The notes under the pieces were generated by a model. That model was not told the DNA's origin. It was given only the letters and a program-made list of their open reading frames with translations, and made no database searches. Positions 26,573-34,001 of a stretch of DNA of 64,000 nt are shown here, one piece after another. Location of the stretch: NCBI RefSeq assembly GCF_003018255.1, contig NZ_CP027440.1; one strand, 5' to 3'. Numbering within the stretch: position 1 is the stretch's first letter; every line of letters begins with the position of its first letter. Source of the DNA: Escherichia coli. GTDB lineage: Bacteria > Pseudomonadota > Gammaproteobacteria > Enterobacterales > Enterobacteriaceae. A program made the translations under genes and the position numbers.

Positions 26573-26877
26573 TGCGTTTTTTTCCTTACAGCCTGCTCCA
26601 GCAGCAGTTCGTTCTGATAGGAGACAGAGCGGAGCGTGGCGTTCGTGGTTTTCAGTTCACCCCGCAGGGTCACGATTTCCACATTCAGACGGTTGACCTC
26701 GGCTTCTGTCGGCAGTGACGACAGGCGGGTTTCCACCTTCTCAACGCGGTCGGAGAGTTTTTCAAAGGCCTCGCGGGGGACAAACGTTTTGCGCATCAGC
26801 GCCATGAATATCCCGCCAGCGGTTGCCGTCGCCGAAAGGATCGGCACAACATAATCTTTAACGATGCTGACCCACAT
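26569..26877 (-). CDS. Mu gp25-like membrane-anchored coiled-coil protein (DUF2730-like; lysis-associated in Mu)
   Basis: 102 aa with an N-terminal TM helix and then a coiled coil. Confidence 0.55.
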   Translation of the reverse strand: MWVSIVKDYVVPILSATATAGGIFMALMRKTFVPREAFEKLSDRVEKVETRLSSLPTEAEVNRLNVEIVTLRGELKTTNATLRSVSYQNELLLEQAVRKKTQ

Positions 26878-27085
26878 GACGGGCCTCCATGATGTTCTGG
26901 CAGTTCACACAACGGATGGCATCCGGCACAGCAACAAGACGTGCGGCGGGGATCTCTCCGCCACAGTCCGCGCAGACACGTCTGCCCGGAGCATCCATTG
27001 CCCGGCGCTTACGTGTCAGCCGGTTACAAAGGGCGCGTTCTGATCCCCGCTCCATCACAGCCTGAGCACGATCTGAATCATCCAT
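26858..27085 (-). CDS. TraR/DksA-family C4 zinc-finger protein
   Basis: MDDSDRAQAVME...CADCGGEIPAARLVAVPDAIRCVNCQ. The start was trimmed from the track ORF 26858..27151. Confidence 0.75.
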   Translation of the reverse strand: MDDSDRAQAVMERGSERALCNRLTRKRRAMDAPGRRVCADCGGEIPAARLVAVPDAIRCVNCQNIMEARHVGQHR

Positions 27086-27095
27086 ACCTTTTTCC

Positions 27096-27467
27096 TTACT
27101 TCGTCTTTCCTGCCGGAACAGCAGGCGTTCCGGCCATATCAGTAAATTCATGTTGTCGCCGCGCCTCCAGACGACGAATACTGGCCTTGTCCACGTTGCA
27201 GTTCTTGATCACCGCCAGCAGTTGCAGGTTGTAAGTGACCGATGCCCCAAACGTGAACGGCTCCGGCGCAGGAGGGACCAGGCAGTCAGCCAGCCATTCA
27301 GCGGGGATCGGCACCGGCTTCACAGGCACGTATTTCACAGACGGCCCGGCGCACCCGATCAGCCACATCATCAGGAACAGGGGCAGAGGCCGCAGGCACT
27401 GCCGCCAGCGACCGGCGGACAACGCTCTGCTGCCCCTCGCTGTGCTGAATGTTCTGTTGTTTTTCAT
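27096..27467 (-). CDS. o-spanin (Rz1-like outer-membrane lipoprotein), overlapping the i-spanin gene in another frame
   Basis: It has a lipobox LIGC after a hydrophobic stretch (PLPLFLMMWLIGCAGP) and a Pro-rich mature part. The start codon is uncertain. Confidence 0.6.
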   Translation of the reverse strand: MKNNRTFSTARGSRALSAGRWRQCLRPLPLFLMMWLIGCAGPSVKYVPVKPVPIPAEWLADCLVPPAPEPFTFGASVTYNLQLLAVIKNCNVDKASIRRLEARRQHEFTDMAGTPAVPAGKTK

Positions 27468-27798
27468 TCGTGGCCGCCTCACTGATTTGTGAAATGAGTT
27501 GCAGGGTGTGCTGCTGATTTGCCAGCACCTGACGCGCCTCATCCCGCTCACGCACAAGCACCTGATTATTGTCTTCAAGGCGCTGCGTCTTCTGGTGCAT
27601 TCCCCATATAGCGGCAACCAGTACAGCGATAATCCCCAGCGCCGCCATGCACGCCCCGGCAATCAGGGCCGGTAAGGCATTATTCACCGCAGCCACAGGA
27701 CACCCCGTAACAGCAGTACCGCACACAGCAGCGCTATCATGAGCGGTCGCCAGAAGCGGTTCAGACTTTCGGCAAGTCGTAGCGACATAACCATTCAT
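27298..27798 (-). CDS. i-spanin (Rz-like): TM helix plus coiled coil
   Basis: ALPALIAGACMAALGIIAVLVAAIWGM is followed by a Gln/Glu-rich coiled coil. The start is uncertain (ATG 27798, GTG 27687 or ATG 27648). Confidence 0.6.
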   Translation of the reverse strand: MNGYVATTCRKSEPLLATAHDSAAVCGTAVTGCPVAAVNNALPALIAGACMAALGIIAVLVAAIWGMHQKTQRLEDNNQVLVRERDEARQVLANQQHTLQLISQISEAATNEKQQNIQHSEGQQSVVRRSLAAVPAASAPVPDDVADRVRRAVCEIRACEAGADPR

Positions 27799-28261
27799 CC
27801 GCCGAACGGCGGGCCTCAAGGCCGGGGAGTTTCACCCCCTTTGAATAAATCCAGCGGATATACTGCTTACAGGACGCGGGCATCTGCCCGGCATTGATCA
27901 GGCGCAGAAGCGTGGAGTTGCGAAAGTTCGTTTCACCGGCCCAGAAGATCCACGAAGCCAGCGCCACCGTCTGACCACGGGTAAGCGGCACCTGAACACG
28001 CCGATCAATGGCCGCAAAGGCCCATTTCATGTCCTTTTCCAGTAGTTCCAGGCATTCTTCATCTGTCAGGGTCATACCCGGTTTCACATCCGGGCCGGTA
28101 TGGCCGTAACAGATGGTGGGTGTACCGGAGGGATCGATATACGTGGAGTTTTCTTTCCCTTCCCAGTAACCGGTGTAATGCGTGGCAATCGTGAACGTCC
28201 CGGCACCGGCCAGAACAAGGGCAATCAGCTTTTTACGCAGTGGTGCGGGGAGTTTTGGCAT
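27761..28261 (-). CDS. SAR endolysin (T4-lysozyme-like, GH24)
   Basis: It has an N-terminal weakly hydrophobic signal-anchor LIALVLAGAGTFTIA. The catalytic spacing E-x8-D-x5-T is seen in YWEGKENSTYIDPSGTPT. Confidence 0.8.
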   Translation of the reverse strand: MPKLPAPLRKKLIALVLAGAGTFTIATHYTGYWEGKENSTYIDPSGTPTICYGHTGPDVKPGMTLTDEECLELLEKDMKWAFAAIDRRVQVPLTRGQTVALASWIFWAGETNFRNSTLLRLINAGQMPASCKQYIRWIYSKGVKLPGLEARRSADEWLCRYDLPKV

Positions 28262-28332
28262 TGTTACGCTGTCTCATGATGTTCTCTGAGTCAGCGTAAC
28301 GGTGAAGGAGAGGCGGCAGGCTTTGCGGAATA

Positions 28333-28758
28333 TCAGAAAAGTGGCGGTTGCGTTCTTGCCAGATGCAGACGGCGCTGTTCGCGTATGACGGTATAAATCT
28401 GGGTTTCTGACATCCGGTAATGGCGGCGAAGGGATTCAATTTTCTCGCCCCGGTCCCAGCGCGAAAATATCTCATTGTTTCGCAGCTCGGCAAAGAGAGA
28501 TTCCCCGACCGGCAGGTAATAACCCCGTCCGCCCATATAGGCTGCCTGAGCCGCAGCCACCTTGCGTGCCAGTTTACCGGCCAGTACCGGCTCAATCCCC
28601 TGACGCTGAAGTTCTGCGCCGGTGACTTCAACCAGTTCTGACAGGGTCCGCGGCCAGTTCTTTTTGAGAACATCATCAGGGATGTCATCAAGGCGGTCGA
28701 TAAGGGCGTGCAGTTGCTCACTGTCACCACCAAACATGCTCATCTGAGTTTCTGCCAT
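28333..28758 (-). CDS. Mor/C-family transcriptional activator
   Basis: 141 aa. The C-terminal segment YYLPVGESLFAELRNNEIFSRW...MSETQIYTVIREQR is typical of the Mor family. It lies downstream of a gemA-like gene as in Mu. Confidence 0.75.
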   Translation of the reverse strand: MAETQMSMFGGDSEQLHALIDRLDDIPDDVLKKNWPRTLSELVEVTGAELQRQGIEPVLAGKLARKVAAAQAAYMGGRGYYLPVGESLFAELRNNEIFSRWDRGEKIESLRRHYRMSETQIYTVIREQRRLHLARTQPPLF

Positions 28759-28827
28759 ATCAGCCTCCGGTTCTCGCGTTCCCGGTAAGTTTAAAATAAA
28801 AATCCCGCGTTGTGGCGGGATTTGGAG

Positions 28828-29337
28828 TTAACGGGGAAGTGATTTTTCATACTGCCTGCAAACGGCGTCATACCCCATCAGCGTGCGTTCGGGCATTCCC
28901 ATCGCGGCCAGCATTTTGCGGCGGTGCCATCGCTTGAGACGCTCCAGCACATCTGAGGCCAGGGCGGGGTGTTGCTCCAGCCACTGCCAGTTTGCCACAC
29001 CTTCGCCGCCGTTTTGCGCGGCCGTCTGCGATTTCACCCAGCGGTTAAGGGCGGTTTCCGCACCATCGGTGATAAAGCCCTGCCGGTGCATCACCTTCCA
29101 GATGGCGCGAATTTTGGCGGTCACCGTACCCGGTTTTAAGGCCCGGTTAACCGGGTTCTGACGCACTTTAAAACCGCGTTTTTTGAAAACATCCAGCACG
29201 CGGGATAACTCATCCGGTGACATATCCCGGCAGCTGGTTTTGCCGGTGGCTGCCAGCAGCGCGGATGTATAAGTCTCATCATCCAGGGCAAGCTCGCGCT
29301 TTGCCACATGAATGGCGGATATCAGTTTTCCTCTCAT
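28828..29337 (-). CDS. GemA-like regulatory protein (Mu gp16, DUF1018)
   Basis: 169 aa, MRGKLISAIHVAKRELALDDETY... is typical of the gp16 family. Confidence 0.7.
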   Translation of the reverse strand: MRGKLISAIHVAKRELALDDETYTSALLAATGKTSCRDMSPDELSRVLDVFKKRGFKVRQNPVNRALKPGTVTAKIRAIWKVMHRQGFITDGAETALNRWVKSQTAAQNGGEGVANWQWLEQHPALASDVLERLKRWHRRKMLAAMGMPERTLMGYDAVCRQYEKSLPR

Positions 29338-29630
29338 ACCGTATTTACCTTTTTACGGACATGGAAAGCCTTTTCTGCCTCATCCCACCGGGCATGGTGT
29401 GTTGGTGGAATAATCATTATGTGCCAGCCATCTCTGGTTGTTATCCGGCAGAAAAATTCACCGCTATATAACACAATGGCCTGCTGAATGAGCGCATCAG
29501 CCGCCCGTTCAACCGGATGTCTTTTATCAAAAAAGCAGATGATTTTTCGACATAACCACCGGGTAATAACAAATGCGCCGAAAAAGGATGTGATATATAA
29601 GCACCAGAACAACAGAGAACTATTGTCCAT
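29334..29630 (-). CDS. Hypothetical membrane-anchored protein, 98 aa
   Basis: N-terminal TM LLFWCLYITSFFGAFVITRWL. It overlaps gemA by 4 nt and lies in the AT-rich block. Confidence 0.5.
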   Translation of the reverse strand: MDNSSLLFWCLYITSFFGAFVITRWLCRKIICFFDKRHPVERAADALIQQAIVLYSGEFFCRITTRDGWHIMIIPPTHHARWDEAEKAFHVRKKVNTV

Positions 29631-29817
29631 TATCTTTCTCCTTATTCAGTCTTCTGCGACATTCGGCACAGTCATCAGGGCTTTCAAATGTATCCGGCTC
29701 GCGATTATGAGCCAGATATAACCACCGCCTACATATACTGATATTATCGCCAGTTTTAAAAAAATGATGCTTCTTAGCCATCAGAGGGCGCGCCCATCCA
29801 GCGGGTAGACTATTCAT
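29620..29817 (-). CDS. Hypothetical Cys-containing small protein, 65 aa
   Basis: Cys residues at ISICRRW and DDCAECRR suggest possible metal binding. It overlaps both neighbours. Confidence 0.45.
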   Translation of the reverse strand: MNSLPAGWARPLMAKKHHFFKTGDNISICRRWLYLAHNREPDTFESPDDCAECRRRLNKEKDNGQ

Positions 29818-30184
29818 TTGCTTTATCCTCCATACTGGACAAAATCATCTGTATTAATGTCGGGCGTGGAGATATACGCATTTCATTAAGCGTCTGAAGG
29901 GCAGCAACAGCTGCCTGTTTATCGGTGCCTTTGGCAATTTCCGCAAGAGAATGCACAATCCATAACGGACTTAACGCCACGACTGAATCCAGAATCATGT
30001 CATCCATAATAATTTCTGACACATCCCGCTTATCACATTCCTTATCCATAAAAGAAACGATTTTTTCCACATCTTCCGGTTTCATGCCTCCGGCGATAAG
30101 AAATTTGCGATACTCATAAGACGATCTTAATTCAATACTCATATTCATCTCCTGTAACTCTGACAAGGACGTGATTTTTCTCAT
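29810..30184 (-). CDS. Hypothetical acidic helical protein, 124 aa
   Basis: Net acidic with no recognisable motif. ATGA overlap with the upstream ORF. Confidence 0.5.
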   Translation of the reverse strand: MRKITSLSELQEMNMSIELRSSYEYRKFLIAGGMKPEDVEKIVSFMDKECDKRDVSEIIMDDMILDSVVALSPLWIVHSLAEIAKGTDKQAAVAALQTLNEMRISPRPTLIQMILSSMEDKANE

Positions 30185-30366
30185 TTATGTTTTCCAGTAA
30201 TACGGATATATATGTCGATAAGAAGATTCATAATAAACAGGAAGAGCGACATCCTGATAAAGAACCAAATATCTGGCATCATGGACAGGTTTCCTGTAAT
30301 CGCAAATATAACCCCCCCCCCCAACACCGGAACGAAAATTGCGAAAAATACAAGTCTCTTTATCAT
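30181..30366 (-). CDS. Hypothetical two-TM membrane protein, 61 aa, containing a G11 homopolymer
   Basis: MIKRLVFFAIFVPVLGGGVIFAITGNLSMMPDIWFFIRMSLFLFIMNLLIDIYIRITGKHK. ATGA overlaps at both ends. Confidence 0.5.
   Translation of the reverse strand: MIKRLVFFAIFVPVLGGGVIFAITGNLSMMPDIWFFIRMSLFLFIMNLLIDIYIRITGKHK
30312..30322 (-). repeat. Homopolymeric tract C11 (G11 on the coding strand)
   Basis: Counted directly: 30312-30322 are all C. The tract encodes L-GGG-V of the 61-aa ORF. Confidence 0.9.
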
Positions 30367-30914
30367 GGCGTTAACTCCCGTAATACAGCGTCCTCGGCAG
30401 TCCGGCGATGGTGATAAATAAAATTCACCGTACTCTCGGATAATTCAAATTTCTCGCCTATTTCCCGGAAGGTAAGACGTCGTGGTGATTCAGCATCCCG
30501 TAATTCACGAATAAGATGAACATCATCGTCAGGTATACGGGTGAAGGGCAGCAATTCTCCGTATTTTTTCATGCTTACGCCAATATATCGCGCCCGATTG
30601 TGGACAGAATCCCGGTCTCGCCCCAGATATTCTCCTATTTGCTTACCGGTCATCGTTCTGGCATTTTTTCGGATAAATTTATCTTCATCATGTTTAAATC
30701 TTGGACGTTTGCATTTGAGCAACTCCGGGTAAGTACCGCGTAATAAAACAATCCGGTTATGTACACCCCAGAAACTTCTTTTTACCCTGACAGCAATATC
30801 CTTAACCGGGGTGGATGGATAAAGCGCAATCAGCAGCGCATCTTCTTCAGGTGTCCACGCACGGACATGAGCAGGTGCCTGACCTTTTCGCCCCATGGGT
30901 TGTAAAATCATCAT
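30363..30914 (-). CDS. Putative DNA-binding protein with three HTH-like modules (Myb/SANT-like WTPEEDALL plus two further HTH segments)
   Basis: 183 aa. Candidate modules are WTPEEDALLIALY...DIAVRV, MTGKQIGEYLGRDRDSVHNRARYIG and LTFREIGEKFELSESTVNFIYHHR. Confidence 0.5.
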   Translation of the reverse strand: MMILQPMGRKGQAPAHVRAWTPEEDALLIALYPSTPVKDIAVRVKRSFWGVHNRIVLLRGTYPELLKCKRPRFKHDEDKFIRKNARTMTGKQIGEYLGRDRDSVHNRARYIGVSMKKYGELLPFTRIPDDDVHLIRELRDAESPRRLTFREIGEKFELSESTVNFIYHHRRTAEDAVLRELTP

Positions 30915-30917
30915 ACA

Positions 30918-31433
30918 TCACCCCCTGACTCGCTTTTCAGCAGCATAAAACTCATCAGACAGAATTTCGGTCATTTTCTGATTTGCGGGTTTTACGCCGC
31001 ACTCAAGGTAAATCACATCGTCAACGCAGAACCACTTCACAGGGCCAAACATGATTGCCGAGAAATCAATACCCAGCCAGAACAACAGTGCATCGGTTCT
31101 GGCATACGTGACGGGCGAATATTCACGCCACAGACTGTTAAGTTCGTCAGAGGCAACGCGCAGGGCTTTGGGAATACGTGATGTGCGCGGTGTGCAGCTC
31201 CAGCCATTCGACGCAGTCGGTTTTCGCCATAAGTCGCGATGAAAAGGATATTTGTCATCCATAAAGCGCAGCCCTTTAAAACAAAAGCCACTGATACCGG
31301 ATACAAATACCGACCGGCACGCAACATTCAGCACGGCCTCAAGGCGTTTTGCCTCATCCTTAACTTTCTGGCAGTCCTGCTGATATTTTTGCCACGCGGC
31401 CAGCGCGGAAGGGTTTGATGTTTTAAAGAACAT
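30918..31433 (-). CDS. Hypothetical protein, 171 aa (distant paralog of 31970..32512)
   Basis: It shares ordered landmarks with the 180-aa ORF: KYQQ, F-x-F-x-G, WRK, D-x-L-x-x-WL. Confidence 0.5.
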   Translation of the reverse strand: MFFKTSNPSALAAWQKYQQDCQKVKDEAKRLEAVLNVACRSVFVSGISGFCFKGLRFMDDKYPFHRDLWRKPTASNGWSCTPRTSRIPKALRVASDELNSLWREYSPVTYARTDALLFWLGIDFSAIMFGPVKWFCVDDVIYLECGVKPANQKMTEILSDEFYAAEKRVRG

Positions 31434-31966
31434 TACGCCACCTCCGCAGATATCCCGGCAGGCGCGGCCGTCCGGTCAACAATCAGGTAACGCAGAACGC
31501 GCGAGGTGATATTCCAGCCGCTTAAACCGCAGATAATGACACCCAGGCGTATGTCGATATACGCCATCACAAACTGGGGCACGCCTTCTTTCATGGCCTG
31601 CTCATCAACTTCAGCCACCACATAAACGGTTTCACAGGTCAGAACGCCCTGAGCAAATTCCCACGCCATTGACGGAATATCATGCCCCTCAATCCACGGC
31701 AGGGATTTTCTGAAGCTGCACCACTGAACATCATCAGCCGCACCTTCCTGGCTGCATTTGCGACGAACCGGCTGCACCGGGCGGGGACGCGGAATATCAT
31801 AAAAACCGTTACATTCCGTCAGCACCCCGGCATCGACCGCATCACGCAGAAAATAAACCATCGAGGATGGCGGCATATTCATTTTTTCAGCCAGAATGCC
31901 GCAGGTCAGACGCCCGTAAATACTCAGCCAGTTTTTAACCCCTTCAAGCACTTTTGCATCAATCAT
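31433..31966 (-). CDS. Hypothetical protein, 177 aa, N-terminal winged-helix-like segment
   Basis: The ORF is tightly packed between the two paralogs, with a 1-nt overlap downstream. Confidence 0.5.
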   Translation of the reverse strand: MIDAKVLEGVKNWLSIYGRLTCGILAEKMNMPPSSMVYFLRDAVDAGVLTECNGFYDIPRPRPVQPVRRKCSQEGAADDVQWCSFRKSLPWIEGHDIPSMAWEFAQGVLTCETVYVVAEVDEQAMKEGVPQFVMAYIDIRLGVIICGLSGWNITSRVLRYLIVDRTAAPAGISAEVA

Positions 31967-31969
31967 GAA

Positions 31970-32512
31970 TTATTCCTCCGTCAGCGCCACATATTCAGAA
32001 TGTTTAATCTCCTGGCATTCTTCAGGAATACCCCCTTTTATTTCCCTGCCATAAGCGCCTACTTTAAACACCACGCACAGGGCATCACGGGAGAGCGACG
32101 GGGTCCACCAGGAGTCCATGTTAAACATGGAGGGGATTCTCATTACCCCCAGCTTTTCACAGAGCCAGACAAGGAAATCAGGACGCTTTCTTAACTCGCG
32201 TTCAGCGGCTTCAATCATTGCGGCAATCGCCGGTCCTTCAGGGCATGACTCATCAGGTCTGGCAATAAAGCACGGTCCGTCCCCGATAAAAGCCACATCA
32301 TCGCGCTTACGCCAGCCCGCAGGCAGAGCACCAGAAAAATAAAACTCACTGATTACGTCCATGGCAAACGGCTTTAAGCGCAATCCGGCAGCGCCTGTAT
32401 TTTTCAGTAATGCCCGAAGAATACTGTTGCGTAGCGGTAAAACAGTCTGTTGATATTTGGTGAAATATTTATTTGTCTGCACACGGTCTAATTTGAAATA
32501 AAAATATGCCAT
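31970..32512 (-). CDS. Hypothetical protein, 180 aa
   Basis: First gene after the gam-proximal 97-bp gap. See the paralog note at 30918..31433. Confidence 0.5.
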   Translation of the reverse strand: MAYFYFKLDRVQTNKYFTKYQQTVLPLRNSILRALLKNTGAAGLRLKPFAMDVISEFYFSGALPAGWRKRDDVAFIGDGPCFIARPDESCPEGPAIAAMIEAAERELRKRPDFLVWLCEKLGVMRIPSMFNMDSWWTPSLSRDALCVVFKVGAYGREIKGGIPEECQEIKHSEYVALTEE

Positions 32513-32609
32513 ATATCCTGTTCCTTATTTTCAGTTTACAGGCGCAGGCAGTCCCCTGACGCGAGCGCCATACTTAAAACGATGTGATATTTAAAGATTT
32601 AATGCGGTG

Positions 32610-33140
32610 TTATTTATTCAGTCCGGCGTCCTGTTCAAAAGGCTCGACATAAAAACTTTCAGCGCCTTTATTCACCTTAATACCGGCAATGCCTTTCACT
32701 GCATCCGGCTCCGCCAGGACCGCTTCCTTGTTCACTTCCTCTTTCGTGCGGATGAATCGCTCAAGCCCCATACGGCGCAGCATTTCAATCACACCTTCCA
32801 CATCACGGCTGACGCTGCATGATGGATTTCCCAGCCGCCATGATACTGTTCCGGTGGTCAGATTGGCTGTTTTGGTTTTGCCGCCGTTCGTCAGCTCATC
32901 GCGGTTGGTTTTGCACCAGTCCTGAATCCCCTTAAAAAGCACTTTGATTTCTTTTTTAAGGTTTTCAATCTGCGGCGTATAACGGGCGGTGATTTCTGCC
33001 ACTTCATCATTCATCGCCGTTTCCAGCCGCAGCGCCTCTCGCTGAATATCGCCCAGGGTACGGATATCGCGGCTGACTTCTTCGCGGGTCTGCGGTGCAG
33101 CCTCGGCTGCGGCCTTTAATTTTGTAACACGTTTAGCCAT
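32610..33140 (-). CDS. gam: Gam host-nuclease inhibitor (Mu Gam, Ku-like)
   Basis: 176 aa, MAKRVTKLKAAAEAAPQTREEVSRDIRTLGDIQRE...KTKTANLTTGTVSWR is typical of Mu Gam. Confidence 0.85.
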   Translation of the reverse strand: MAKRVTKLKAAAEAAPQTREEVSRDIRTLGDIQREALRLETAMNDEVAEITARYTPQIENLKKEIKVLFKGIQDWCKTNRDELTNGGKTKTANLTTGTVSWRLGNPSCSVSRDVEGVIEMLRRMGLERFIRTKEEVNKEAVLAEPDAVKGIAGIKVNKGAESFYVEPFEQDAGLNK

Positions 33141-33151
33141 TTTGTTTTTCC

Positions 33152-33445
33152 TTATTGCAGTGTGCCTGATGCTTTATGCACGCGGTGGCGTTTAATGATG
33201 GCATCCGCCCCAAAAGCCTGTACAGATGCCTGAAATTCCGCTGAGAGAAACTGAATAATTTCAGGACTGTGATACTGGAGAATACTTGCATAAACGTCAC
33301 AGAGTGACGTCGGCCTGTTATTCGTATCACGTTCTGTTTTTACATCCACACCAATCTTTTCATGCACTTCAACACAGTCATTGCCTGCCGGTTTTTCGTC
33401 ATGCGAAACATGCTTAAATTCAAAAATAACGCGTACTTTGCTCAT
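33152..33445 (-). CDS. Hypothetical early protein, 97 aa (N-terminus paralogous to the upstream gene)
   Basis: MSKVRVIFEFKHVSH.... GGGG RBS. The start was trimmed from the track ORF 33152..33472. Confidence 0.5.
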   Translation of the reverse strand: MSKVRVIFEFKHVSHDEKPAGNDCVEVHEKIGVDVKTERDTNNRPTSLCDVYASILQYHSPEIIQFLSAEFQASVQAFGADAIIKRHRVHKASGTLQ

Positions 33446-33449
33446 GGAA

Positions 33450-33722
33450 TTACCCCTGCTGATTAAATTCATTACCTTTAATAACCCCGGAACGCATGCT
33501 CATATCTTTCATGAGCGCACTGGCTTTCATTGCCACAAGTTCAGCAAAGTCTCTGCTTTCCGCGAGCATAACCACCCCAAAAATCATGGCGGGTCCATCA
33601 CCTTTCTGCTTTATCCCGGTTGAACGTATGTCCAGACTTACCCCCATGCGCACTGTTCCATCAGCGTTTTTATGGATAACGTGCTCCTTGTATTCGAAAA
33701 TAATGCGTACGACTTTACTCAT
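33450..33722 (-). CDS. Hypothetical early protein, 90 aa
   Basis: MSKVVRIIFEYKEHVIH... shares its first ~15 residues and the underlying DNA with the next gene. Confidence 0.5.
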   Translation of the reverse strand: MSKVVRIIFEYKEHVIHKNADGTVRMGVSLDIRSTGIKQKGDGPAMIFGVVMLAESRDFAELVAMKASALMKDMSMRSGVIKGNEFNQQG

Positions 33723-34000
33723 CCTCTGGTCCTCGTTCTGTTTGGATAACTGACCCGGCGTCTGACCTCACGGCAGAACCGAATCATGGCATTAAAGGCT
33801 TCTTCCTCCGTCACCGCTTCCGGTATCCCCGGAACCAGTAACTGCTCCTGTTCATCACGTCCATGACGCGCCATAACCTCAATCACATGCCGTACCGTGG
33901 CAGGCTTTCCGGCAACTATCGGCAATGCACCTTCCGGCAGGACGTAACCAAACTCAATAAGACCACTCGACCACGCCCATGCAATGAGATTTTTTTTCAC
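33719..34000 (-). CDS. Hypothetical early protein, 93 aa
   Basis: ORF with a 4-nt overlap to the downstream gene. Confidence 0.45.
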   Translation of the reverse strand: MKKNLIAWAWSSGLIEFGYVLPEGALPIVAGKPATVRHVIEVMARHGRDEQEQLLVPGIPEAVTEEEAFNAMIRFCREVRRRVSYPNRTRTRG

Positions 34001-34001
34001 C

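Noticed and set aside
27684-27740. 18-codon hydrophobic mini-ORF (MIALLCAVLLLRGVLWLR) between lys and the spanin TM region
   Set aside because: The GTGA overlap with a possible i-spanin start is attractive. But there is no RBS, the ORF is very short, and I have no conservation evidence. It is mentioned only inside the lysis finding.
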